Assembly (NCBI RefSeq): GCF_001194135.2
Contig: NC_068985.1
Location: 33,713,029-33,777,028, forward strand
Length of the DNA stretch: 64,000 bases
Direction: 5' to 3'
Origin: Octopus bimaculoides
Lineage: Eukaryota
The translations under genes and the position numbers were made by a program. Positions 37,101 to 49,305 of the stretch are shown here, in pieces. The notes beneath the pieces are model-generated. The model ran no database searches. It was not told the origin of the DNA and saw only the letters and a list, made by a program, of their open reading frames with translations. How positions within the stretch are numbered: the first letter of the stretch is position 1; each line of letters starts with the position of its first letter.

Positions 37101-38837
37101 CCATCCACTAAATTCCTTTCTCAAAGTATTGACCACTCTGAAGCTTTTATAGAAGACCATGCCATGAGAATCAAACCCAGGATTATGTTGTTGTGAAGCA
37201 AACATTTTAACCACATACCACATACTGAAATGAAAGGCATTCCAACTGTAGCCATCTCAAATTATTCCCTTGGCACAATGCACCTAGTACTACATTATTC
37301 CTTTCTATGATGGAGGAAGTGATTTAAGGAAGGTTTATTTAATCTTTATAGAATGTATGTAATTCTTACTACAGTAACAACAACTTCCTGTATTTCAAGT
37401 AAAGCAAGATCAATATTTTAAAATACATTGTAACATTCAAAACCTAAATTTAAAAGTAAGTTTAATGTGCTAAAGGTGTATTTTTTTCTTACAAAAATAT
37501 GAAATGTTAATGAATTACCAAGAACATTTTTATAATATTTGTCAAGTGATCATTATCATCACAGAGCTTAATAATCTATATTTCATTATTGAGTAATATT
37601 GATTATTACCCAATAAGCACCACAGAGTGAAAGGTAAATCCTTGTGAAGCTGAGCCTGTCTAGTTTCCATTTCTTGTTGAAACCGTTTCACTTATGTTAT
37701 GAAATATTTAGAAACAGCATGAATATCACACCACCATTTCCTCCTTTCCACTATAATTTCAAGGTATGGTGCCTATTCAAAGAAACCCCACTTCATTGGA
37801 ACATAATATTTGAATAATAAAAAATGAAAAATATGAGAAAGTAAATATGCAGGTGTGTGATAATCCTTCTTTATTATAACAGGTTTTTTTTATATTTCAG
37901 GATGCTGTGTGGAAAAAAATAATTTCCATTCATAAACATTCACCATTTTTTAATACTACTGTGTGTGTATAAATATATGAAAAATGGAGAGAGAGCTTGA
38001 GAGAGATTCATCAACTTGGTCTAAATTAATTCACTAAATGTACAACATACCTTTTATAATAATTGGTTTTTCTATTACTAAGAAATTTAATTGAGTCATC
38101 TATTGTTGATTTCTAAATATATGTTTATGGAGTGTTTTTAATTGAACATCAAGCCATACAGTTTGTGGTAGAGTGTATTTTGTGAGGGAGTGTATTTTAC
38201 AAACACTTAATATTTCAAAATAAAAGCCAAACTCTTTGCACCTACTTCCAACATTGAATGGCATTTGTACAAATAAAATGTATTTGAACTGAATTTACCA
38301 ATTCCCAGAAATTTAAAGCTTCAAAATTTAAGCAGAAATTTTTTTAATTTTAAAATAAGGCAGTTTTGGCTTTTTTTTTTTTACTTACTAATCATTAAAG
38401 AGTATCATAAAAGCAAAAGTTTGACCTTGTTGATATAATTTAAAAGCAACTTAAATTTCACTTGGAAGTTTGTTTTATAAGTTTTTGATACCACTCTGTT
38501 AGAGACTGTCCTTGGTTCTGGATACAAACCCTTTGTTTTAAAGTAATCTATATTATCTTCTTTCAGAATTTCATGTTAATTTATGTTTCAAACATCTACT
38601 TAATAATAACAAAGTTATTTTACTAAATTTTTTAATATTTTCAAAAATCTTTGAAATAAAAGCAGTCTAGTTTCAACAGAAATATGATAACAAAAGTGTT
38701 AAAATAGAACTAAAATATTAAAAATATTCTGTGATTTGATCATTACCTGAGATTAGCTTATAGGTGTTTCACAATTAAATATCTGCTGTCTCAGATCTAG
38801 TAAAAATCTTTGATATTAGAGTTACACAATGCTTCAT

Positions 38838-38879
<42 letters not shown>

Positions 38880-39721
38880 CACACAATGGCTTTATCCAAC
38901 TACAAAAAAATTTTTTAACAAAGAAATTTGTATATATTCAATAACTTTATGCTGAACATGTATAATGTGTTCATAATGTATTTAACATTTTTGATGGGTG
39001 CATTGCTTTGAATAGGAGTTTGATTGCAGTTACCTTGTAAATATGAATATAGTTACCTTTTATGAATATAGTTATTATTAAGCCATTGGAATGTCTATAA
39101 CTTTTATTGACAAAAAAAATTGTTATTTTTATCTTAATGCTAAGATATTTTAATGGCTATTCTTGCATTCAAATACTCCACTAAGCATTCCATAAGCAAC
39201 TTTTTAGCTGCAATTATTTTGGTATCAAGAATATAAATAATTGTTGAAAACAATTAGATGTGATATTGGTTCATCAGATAATTTATACAGAGAAAAAGAA
39301 ATTTTCCAATCTGAGAACATTGTAATTATTTCTTAGAGATTTCAACAAAGGCCATATATCTGTACTAATGAAAAAATAAAATTAAAATTAAAATAAAATG
39401 TCTGAGAATACTATTTGGAACTCTGTATGCATGCTTAATTAAAAGTATATTTATATTATCTTTCAATTAATTCAATAAAGAATTTAGATACAAATGACTG
39501 CAAACTATTAAAAGGTGATCTGTGTACTAAGCAATCAAATGTCCACTATGTATTCATTTATTTAATTTATGTTTTTATGTTGTTGTTTGTTTTGTTTTTG
39601 CTGTCGTTTTTATATTTTGAGGGGTGGCAGTAGCTAATACATTTTGGAAACTTCTCCATGTTTCTATTATTGCTATTTTATGGTGGTTCACCACCACTAC
39701 CATTATAATAGTTACTAACCA

Positions 39722-40135
39722 TAGGTGCAGGCATGGTTGTGTGGTAAGAAGCTTGCTTTCCAACCACATGGTTGCAGGTTCAGTCCCACTGCATGGTACC
39801 TTAAGCAAGTGTCTTCTACTATAACCTAAGGCCAACTAAAGACTTGTGAGTGAATTTGGTAGATGGAAACTGAAAGAAGCCTGCCATTTGTGTGTGTGTA
39901 TGTGTGTGTTTCTGTACTTGTTGCCCACCACTGCTTGACAACCGGTGTTGGTGTGTTTATGTCCCCATAACTTAATAGTTCAGCAAAAGAGACTGCTAGC
40001 ATGAGTACCAGCTCATTAAAAAAAAAAGAGGAAAAAAGTAAGTACTGAGATTAATTTATTCAACTAAATATCCTTCAAGGCAGTGTCTCAGCATGAACAG
40101 TCTAATGACTGAAATAAGTAAAAGTTAAAAGATAA
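39722..40135 (+). mobile_element. Full-length tRNA-derived SINE family A
   Basis: A-box TGGTTGTGTGGTAAG, B-box GGTTCAGTCCC, central (TG)n and 3' AATAAGTAAAAG tail; many copies in the window. Confidence 0.85.
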
Positions 40136-40280
40136 CCAGTTTATCTAAAATTCATAGAATAGTTAGATGGGTTTTGTAAAATGTGTTATCTATCTAAATA
40201 TAAGCTCAAGTATGGCCGTGGGATTAAGAAGTTTACTTTGTAGTTTTCTGGTTCCAGGTTTGTAACATCTTGGTCTAAAT

Positions 40281-40623
40281 CAGTGGTTCTCAACTGGGGT
40301 TTATATAGTCCCCTGAGAGTCCAGATAAGATTTTGAGGGTCCATGCAATACAATAGTAAATTGTAGATCTACAAAAGTATTTTAAGGGCCCCTGGAAAAA
40401 ATTTGCTTTATATGTATGTATTGGTATGTATTGCAAGAAACAGCTGTTTCTTTCTCTAATTTTTTACACCTAGACAAATTAATGTATGTAAAATAAAATA
40501 GGATTTTTGAAAGAAGTTTCTCTAAAACTAGTTTCTAAACATTGAATGGCTATGGGCGTCCACCAGAATAAAATAGTAATTAAAAGGGTCCATAGATAAA
40601 AAATGGTGGACAACCAACCCCTG
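40281..40623. mobile_element. hAT (Charlie-like) MITE
   Basis: Left TIR CAGTGGTTCTCAAC; degenerate right end ...ACAACCAACCCCTG; target-site duplication (TSD) not clear. Confidence 0.5.
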
Positions 40624-40699
40624 GTCTTGGGTTTTCTGCTTTCGGCACTTAGGTTGACCTTATGTTGACCTTATGAGTAGAAGGTGCTCCTCCATGGCC

Positions 40700-41350
40700 A
40701 CGGCTTGTTAAATTCTGATGATTGATTCCTGTTGCCAGTAGAAGTGAATGATTAGTTAGATTAGCCTTTAACATCAATGTCAATAATCTGTAATCATTAA
40801 TGAGTCACACTATTAAAATCAATGTAATAGACTATGAAGCACATGTAGAGTTTGTGAACCTGGTTATAACTTTGAAACAAAATATATTTTCTCTTGTGCT
40901 ACTGTATACTTGACATTCAAATTCTACTTTGCCAACTTTACAGTCAATTTTCATATTTAAATATTCCATTATAACTTCAAGAAGGAACATTGTGATATGT
41001 AGCATAAAACTGAACATCTGAAGTCTAATCATTCTTATGCTTTGGGGTTTAGTATTCCAGTTATAATTCTTTTCTTAGTGACTGATTTCAAGGTTTTTAT
41101 TGTGTACAATGACTTTTCATCTTCAACTTTCATAACAGCAAATCTATGTGTTTTTAGATCACATTATATAAAACATCACTATATCTTTTAGTAAATAGCA
41201 ACATTCTATGTTTTCTCTCGGTTTTGGTTTTTGTATAACTGAGAATACTGACATTTTAATGCATTTCTTTGCAACAATGAATTGGCCAGTTCAATTCTAA
41301 GATATGTTTTCCGTTTCTCTTTTGCCTTACACCAAATCTTCTGCATTTCT
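40700..41350 (-). mobile_element. Possible very decayed Penelope-like element (linker/GIY-YIG)
   Basis: Stop-riddled translation LLFTKRYSDVLYNVI*KH and NGIFKY...QSRI...IQ*HKR resembles the PLE linker and GIY-YIG; weak. Confidence 0.35.
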
Positions 41351-41371
41351 TCAGTCAGAATTTAGTATTTC

Positions 41372-41486
<115 letters not shown>

Positions 41487-42671
41487 ACACGCGCCCACAT
41501 GTAAAAGGGAGTATTATCTTGTGTTATAGTTTCTCAGTAGTTCAATGTTGTTTTTTCTCTATTCTATCTCTATTCTTTATTGAGCTTTTCTGTTCAAACT
41601 CTATAAAAGCAAATTTCTGTCTCCCATTGAGGAAAATTTATATTCAATCTTTATATTATTTAAATATTTTCTCATTTAACTCCCAAGGATCTGTTCTGTT
41701 GTCTTCATCATTATCTTAATATTTGTTAGTTTAATAATAATTTTTGTAACAATAATTCATGTTTGAGACGATGTCTGTTCCAGTGTATATATTTTCATAA
41801 CCATGCTGTATTGGTACATTAAATTCTGGCTGTCATCTATTATGTGAATCTCTTTTAATTAATATTTTGTTTACATTTTGAGTGTTTATGGTCCCTGATG
41901 AGTATCAATAAATATAAAACTAGTCAAAACACTCTTCTCACTTAGCTGCCTAAACTTCTCTGGTTTTCATGGGGAAAATATCATTATGCATATTATTAAA
42001 CTTATTGTATATGATTTCCATATACATGTTTATAGAACATGTATTGTTTTATACAACTGCTGAATATCTCTCTCGTCAGAGCGTAATAAACCTGATTACA
42101 TTGAATTATTGACTAGATGACAGTTGTTCAAAGAATATATTATAAACAGCATTCATCTTTCTTTATATAACTATACAATTTATTTTTCTCCTCTACTCTC
42201 TTCACCAACACATTTTCCATCATTGTTGGTATGTCTCAAATTCTTAGTCTTTGTGTTGAAGTAACTCATGCTGGGAATTGAATCAGCTGATTTTTATTTC
42301 TTTTGACATCTTGTCAATATGTCGATATTTTCATCATATAAGTAGTGGTAGAGTAGCTTAATCGGTAGCACAATCAGTAGCATGCTGAACCACATACATA
42401 ACAGTATTCAGCTATATTCCAATACATTGGGTTCAAACCATGATAAAGTTAATTTTGATTTTCATCTCTCTGAGATCAATAAAACAAGTTCTAATGTTCA
42501 TTACGTGTAGCAGAAGAAGTATTAGTTTAAAATAGCTATCTGTGTATCATACTCAAAGCAGATATACACTGAAAGCCTGATTAACTGCAGTATTCATCTT
42601 GAGATAGGAATTCTTATAGACATACAGTATTAAAAAACACTGATATATTTTTGTGTTTTTTAACATTGTAC

Positions 42672-42925
42672 ATCGTCGTCGTCGTTTAACGTCCACTTTC
42701 CATGCTAGCATGGGTTGGACGATTTGACTGAGGACTGGTGAAACCAGATGGCTACACCAGGCTCCAATCTGATTTGGCAGAGTTTCTACAGCTGGATGCC
42801 CTTCCTAACGCCAACCACTCAGAGAGTGTAGTGGGTGCTTTTACGTGTCACCCGCACGAAGGCCAGTCAGTCGGTACTGGCAACGGCCACGCTCAAAATG
42901 GTGCATTTCATGTGCCACCCGCACA
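42672..42925 (-). mobile_element. RTE 3'UTR terminus, little diverged (second, older copy at 43072-43245)
   Basis: CATCGTCGTCGTCGTTTAACGTCC...GGATGCCCTTCCTAACGCCAACC; CpGs retained. Confidence 0.8.
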
Positions 42926-43829
42926 AAAAAAAAAAAAAAGAGAAACTATTCCAAGACAATATCACTGTAAATTAGGCTTTCAATGTTTTACATATGCTTT
43001 CAATGCTTCAAGTATGATACACAAATTGCTAAGTACTAATAATGTACAAGGATTAATTAACAGATAATGTTCATCATCATCATCATCATTTAATGTCTGC
43101 TCTCCATGCTGGCATGGATTAGACAGTTTGACTGGAACTGGTAAGCCAGAGAGCTGCACCAAGTTTCAATCTGATTTGGCATGGTTTCTACAGCTGGATG
43201 CCCTTCCTAATGCCAACCACTCTGAGAGTGTAATGGGTGTTTTCATTTTCTATAAATTAGAGACTTGTGACAGAGTTATAAATATATATCAACAATTTCA
43301 TAGTATATTTCCATTCCATTACTGCTGTAATTGGAAATTAACGTTTGGTGTTTAAAGAGAAGAATTGTTATCGTACTAAAGTATATGTAACCAAGTTCAG
43401 TACTGTTTAATATGTTAGTTAAAGGTGTTTGTGCTAGACAGAAAAGGAATGAAGAAGAATCTCCTTGGAATATTCCTCTTCTAATAAAGATGTGGTTAAT
43501 TTCTTAATTCTCTCTTTTGTCTATATTTACAAAATGGTTTACCATTTACTCATAACATGCTTAATGCATTTTCTTATTCCCAGTGCAATCATACTTACAG
43601 CAAATGTTCTCAGGATCTATGTGTGCAGAATATTGTCAAAACTCATCTGATAGACAATCCATGCCATGTTCAGTCCATTCTGGCAACATCCCTGCTGCTC
43701 TTCTAAAAACAAGTTGATATTTTCTTATTTAAAAAAAAATTTATTTAGCCTCTGCAACGATATCAAAGTTAAGGTTTTGGATGTTGTTGGAAGGCAAGTT
43801 TTGAACCTTTAGTTTTCAGGGTTTGCCCT

Positions 43830-43982
43830 CAAGCAGAATGCTTAGTGACATTCTGGTTCTTTATGTTCTAAGCTCAAATCCTACCAAGGTTAACTTTACC
43901 TTTCTTTCTTTTGGAATTGATAAATAAGTACTGACTTAGCCCCTTCCCCTAAAATTGATGGCCTTGTGCCAGAATTCGAAGC

Positions 43983-44023
<41 letters not shown>

Positions 44024-44260
44024 TTATTATTATTGAATGTGGTAAGCTAGCAGAATTGTTAGCATGCCTGGAAAAATGCTTGGTGGCATTTCGTCCACGT
44101 TTACATTCTGAGTTCAAATTCTGCCAAGGTTGATTTTGCCTTTCATCCTTTTGGGGGTCAATATAAGTACCAGTAGAGCACTGGGGTCAATGTAATTGAC
44201 TTACTCTCTACCCCAAAATTACTGGGCTTGTACCAAAATTTGAAACCATTATTACTATTA
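43830..44260 (+). mobile_element. Two tandem SINE family B copies separated by (ATT)n
   Basis: Same architecture as the 27.3-28.8 kb array. Confidence 0.75.
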
Positions 44261-44734
44261 TTGAATGAGAGAGCATCACACACCATGCTAGGGTACAAAT
44301 ATACCCATGACTACTCATCCAATAAACATACACCAGGAACATGCTCACAACTATATGTTCTTAACATGGCGAATGTTCACAGCCTGGTAGCCACATATCA
44401 AGATAAACAGTGCATGATCTCAAATGTGGGGGCCCAGTTAGAATTCTCTTCAGGTTGAGTAGCCCATTCCACTCAAAAGGTCCCTGAATAAGTGTTGTTT
44501 AAGGATGATGAATGAAACACCCATGTCTCCAGGTGTGACTTATTCATACCCCAAATAATCCCTCTCAATACATTGGTAGGATGTTCCCCAACTACTCTTA
44601 TCCATGATCAGAGATGCACATATCATCAGCCACCAAGGGACATGCTTACCTGGTTAAGGTGAAGCAGCAGACAAGTCAATCTGTGGTAAAGTGCCAGACA
44701 AAATGTTCTACAGTTTATTCTTTTATATGTTTAC

Positions 44735-45035
44735 TTGTTTCGGTCATTTGATTATGGCCATGCTGGAGAACTGCTTTTAAGAGTTGTTGGTTGAATGTAT
44801 TGACCCCAGTACATATTTACTTTTTAAGCCTGGTACTTATTCATTCTCTTATGCCAAACTACTAAATTACACACCACAACACTTGTCAAGCAGAAGGAGA
44901 CACAGACTCAAAGACACACATACATAGATATACATATATATGATAGTAAAGGACACTTACCCAAGGTGCCACACTGTGGGACTGAACCCAGAATCATGTG
45001 GTTGGGAAGCAAGCTTCTTACCACACAGCCATACC
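44735..45035 (-). mobile_element. SINE family A copy
   Basis: Reverse complement colinear with 39722-40135. Confidence 0.75.
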
Positions 45036-45379
45036 ATTTATGTCATTTTTTACATTCTGAGTTCGAATCTCAGAAAGGATCAAATTAAGGAGTCAATAAG
45101 TTAAGGAGCCAATTTAATCAACCATACTTCCACCAATATAAATATAGGACCAAGAGTTGATGTTAGAAATTAGCATTTACAGAACTGATTGGTAATCATA
45201 CAAAGTGACTTGTTGTATATAGTTAGGTCAGTTTATGTTCTGAGTTCAAATTCTACTAAAGTCAACTTTACATTTTATCTGCTTACAGTTGATGAAATTG
45301 TTACCAGCTATACTAGAATTAATTTAATTAATTATTCCTTAATCTCAAAATTTATGACTTTATACCTTTATACTAAGGT

Positions 45380-45790
45380 ATAATAGCCCTCCAGGCAATA
45401 ACACAGGAATTCAAGACAGGATGCCCCTGGGAGCTCCTCTATGCTGATGACCTTGCCCTAATTGCTGAGTCACTATCAGAACTAGAGGAGAAGTTTCAGG
45501 TGTGGAAGCAAAGACTTGATCAGGAAGGATATTTTTTCATTGTTCCCAAGCCCAAATTTCCTTCCATGAGATTCTGCGACTGACCACATATTCCTCCCAT
45601 CTCAGGTATGACGTTGTTTCCAGTCATTGGTAAAAAATATATTTATTCATGGGGAAATACTACCTTCCTTAGAATCAGATGAGGGTCAGCAACATCCAGC
45701 CATAGAAAATCTGCCTCGAATTCTGTTTAACCCATGCAAGCTTGGAAAAGTGTACATTAAACGATGACAATGATAATAAAGATGATGAAA
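45380..45790 (+). mobile_element. Internally deleted RTE LINE (YADD RT segment joined to 3'UTR through a 98-nt foreign filler)
   Basis: IIALQAITQEFKTGCPWELLYADDLALIAESLSELEEKFQVWKQRL at 45380-45517; filler 45512-45609; RTE-type tail CATCCAGCCATAGAAAATCTGCC...ACATTAAACGATGA. Confidence 0.75.
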
Positions 45791-46050
45791 GACAATTTTA
45801 AGCTGCAATCACATAATTTGCATTAATATATTAGCAGAATTAATAGAACAGCAGATTTGATCCAGAACTTGTTGTTAGCTACTGTAAAACCATTGAACAA
45901 CAGTGTGATCCACTTGAGGAATTTTCATCTCAGAAATATAAGAACTGTATTATCCAATCAATACAGAGCCAAAGAAGCTAGTTTTTGATACAAATTATAC
46001 TTTAATATGCAAGATTAATTTCTTTGAAGCTAATAATAAGTTCTTAAATT

Positions 46051-46238
46051 TACCAGGTGGTATCAAAAAGTTCCTGGACTAGATCTGTAACATGCCAACT
46101 GATGGCAGCACACAGTTGCATGCACAGCAAGAGCTAGCAGTGACCTTCATGAGGCAGTGACAGTACTGTGTTTACTTTGCAAGTTGTGAAGGTTGTGTTT
46201 TTGTGATCATGTGTATGCTGTAGTCTGCAATTTTGTCA
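46051..46238 (+). mobile_element. Mariner left-end fragment
   Basis: TACCAGGTGGTATCAAAAAGTTCCTGGACT resembles a mariner TIR; the sequence runs to an ATG at the junction with the LINE fragment. Confidence 0.5.
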
Positions 46239-46239
46239 T

Positions 46240-46995
46240 GCACATTTTCCCATAGCACTGTCAGCTCTAGCAAAATTCCAATTCTCCATTCTGTATTCCA
46301 TAGGATTAAGTCCGGTCTTTTTGTTGTTTTTATGAGTGGAAATATTAAAAGGCTTTCCAAGTCTGTGGCCAGCTCCCAGTATCCCTTCCATGTTTCGTCT
46401 GTCTCATATACTTTATTTGAAGGCCTGGCCTTATGTCCTTGTTCCCTCCTTCTGGAAGTATATCCTTCTGCACTTTTCCACTTTTGGGTGCTCTCTCCTG
46501 TTATATCCCTTGATCTTCTCTTTGAGTGCTGCACTTATGACACTGAGGACTTGATTGTGATGCCATGTATATCTATCTAGTGCTAGCCTGCAGTTTGACA
46601 GAACATGTCTCACTGTTGCTTTCTCTCTGCATCTACATTCATCTGTTGTTTGTATGTTCCACTGGACTAAATTGGTCAGTGAAGGTAAAACATCGAAGGT
46701 AGACTTGATCAGGAAGGATATTTTTCATTGTTCCCAAGCCCGAATTTCCTTCCATGAGATTCTGCAACTGACCACATATTCCTCCCATCTCAGGTATTGT
46801 CCCAGTTGACTACATTTCACCTTTCTTCTTCCTCCTTTCTTACTTCATGTACCACTGCCTCTTTCATCTCTTTTACACTGCTCATGCAGAATGGCTTGAA
46901 AGTTTGCAACCCTAGACCGGCTCTTTCTTCTTGCATCACTCTGACTATATCAGCATGCCTTAGCTTTCCAATTACCCTGTTTAATGGATATTGAA
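46240..46995 (-). mobile_element. HERO-like (R2 superfamily) non-LTR fragment: zinc knuckle plus RLE
   Basis: Across frames: KISFLIKSTFDVLPS..NL..W, ECRC..KATVRHVLSNCRLALDRYTWHHNQVL, KRPDLILW...ILLELTVLWE. Confidence 0.75.
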
Positions 46996-47050
46996 CTGTG
47001 TCATTGAACTGTGTCATTGAACTGACACAACCTGTCAGAATAGTTTAAAG

Positions 47051-47236
47051 CAGTGCTCCACAACTTTTTTTCACTTGCAGTACACTTACATTCTTTTCAA
47101 AATTTGGCAACACACCTGAACTAAAAATATAACTAAAAATATCAGGAAAAAAATTATATTCAGGTTACACTGCGGCACACCCAGCATCATTTCATGACAC
47201 ACCAGTGTGCTATGACATACCAGTTGCAGAGCACTA
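47051..47236. mobile_element. hAT-type MITE
   Basis: TIRs CAGTGCTCCACAAC / GTTGCAGAGCACTA; 8-bp TSD GTTTAAAG / GTATAAAG (1 mismatch). Confidence 0.6.
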
Positions 47237-48064
47237 GTATAAAGTAATATAATTTTAATTTCCAGGAAAGTCTTATAACAAGTTTTTTTTCTTTGTTGAG
47301 CATGCCATGACTCATTTACTAGCCCCAGCAATCTAAAAATATCTCGTATAGCTACATGGTTTCAGGATTATAGGAGAAAGAATATGAATTTTCATGACAA
47401 TAAGACAAAGAGCTCCATATTAACCAGACTATTGGATGTGGTTATATATCACTGGTCACAATGCATTTCCTTGAATTCTTGGAGTTTTCAAATGATGTCA
47501 CTCAGCTGGCTAGGTAGGGAGGCCAATATACTCCCTGGATGGATTGCCTGTCTATTGCAGGGTTGCCTATTTACAGCTGAATGGACAAGAACAATGTGAA
47601 ATTGTTCTGTCATGAGTTGTGCATAAAGGTGGAGAATTGATATTACCCAAATAAATATTTGGATATGGTTATCTAGAATAACCTATTGCAGAATTAATAT
47701 GTTCACACAGAACATACTTTGTACTACTCCAAACACAGTCACGATATTAAACTAACACAGTAACCAATATAGATGATCAACGCTGTTAACTGTACCACTG
47801 TCAACTGCTGAGAATTCATATAGTTCTTTATTTTATTGAAAAGCGTTAGTCCACTTTCAGTCATGTGGGTTGGTGGTCAGAATCCTTCCACAACAGAAAT
47901 GAAGTGTTTTGCTCAAGAATGATGCATTGCCAGTCTGGGAATCAAAATCATGATCTTGCGATCATGAGTGCAACACTCTAACCACTGGGCCATACATCGT
48001 CACTTATGACAAATATATGACGTTTTTCTTAGAAGCACAATTGCTGTGAAATGAAACTGGGGCA

Positions 48065-49305
48065 TACGAGGATGGGCTGAAAAGCTCACAGGCTGGCTAT
48101 GAAGGAGTGATGCTAGAGCCATGAAATCTTGCATGCATTAATTCCAACTCTTCTAATGAACAACTGCATTGTTTCTTTCCAGGTAAATTGACATCAGACT
48201 GTTCAAAGAAGACTTCAAAAGTAGCAAGTAGCAACTTCTCTTAAAAATGGACAAAATTTGGCATCATGGTGTTGTCCAGTACCTGCAGGGAAAGGGTTAA
48301 GCACCCAAAGATATTCATGCTGACATGGTAGCTACATTAGGAGATGACACACCAGCTTTATCAACAGTTCAAAAGTGGGCAGCTAAATTTAGGAGGAGTA
48401 GGGAGAGTCTTGAAGATCAGCCAAGGTCTGGACGTCTTGCATCTACCACCGCCAAGGAAAACGTTGACTGTGTTCACCATATAGTGATGGATGACAGGTA
48501 GTTGACTATAAATCAAACAGCCAATGCTATTAGTATATCCCAGGTGTGAGTTGAGAATATTTTGCACAATGAACTTGGCAGAACAAAGTTTTATGCTCAG
48601 TGCATGCCATATTTTCTGATACCTGATAAAAAGCACATCTGGTTGATCACATCACAGGAATAATTGACGTTGTTCTAGGCAGATCCAGCTGGTATCCTTG
48701 AATGTTATGTAATGCTATATGAGTGTTGTGTTCATCACTTTGAGCTAGATACAATGAGACAATTCTTGAGTGGAAACACTCCTCCTCACCTGCTCCAAGG
48801 TCATTTCATCTGCAGGAAAGGTGATGATCTCAGTTTTGGGGAATGAAAAAGGCATTGTGTTTATTGACTATCTTCAAAAGGGTCAACCATCAATGGAGAA
48901 TATTATGCCATGCTGAGGCAGTTATGAAAGGCTATCAAGATCAAACACCCAAAAGAGGTCTTGTTTCATGAGGACAATGCCCCAGCATACAAGTCCTTGG
49001 TTTCAATGGCTGCTGTGTGTGATTGTGGATTTGAACTGGTTGACCACCCTCCCTATTCTCCTGATTTGGCTTCATCTAACTATCATCTATTCCCCAACAT
49101 GAAAAAAACACTTGGCAGTATTGCAGTGATGATGATGTCATATCTGCTGTTGATGACTTTTTTAACCAACAAAATGAAAGCATTTTCATCAATGGGATCC
49201 AAACAATTCAGTACCAATGAAAGAAATGGGTGAACCACAAGGGAGACTATATTGGAAAATAACCTCATTTGGTCATATTCCATGAGAGCATCTTGGTCAG
49301 CCAAT
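48065..49305 (+). mobile_element. Decayed mariner (DD34D-type) transposon
   Basis: Left TIR TACGAGGATGGGCTGAAAAG; ATG at 48247 MDKIW...IHADMVATLGDD...TVQKW...PRSGR; LFHEDNAPAY...HPPYSPDLAS..YHLFPNMK; stops and frameshifts; right TIR not found. Confidence 0.9.

Noticed and set aside
41520-41880. RNP1-like KFAFIEF motif on the minus strand
   Set aside because: Lies in a frame with many stops; a single short motif is not enough to call an RRM.
43599-43702. Selenocysteine reading of the in-frame TGA
   Set aside because: No CxxU-type or other known selenoprotein context, and I identified no SECIS element.
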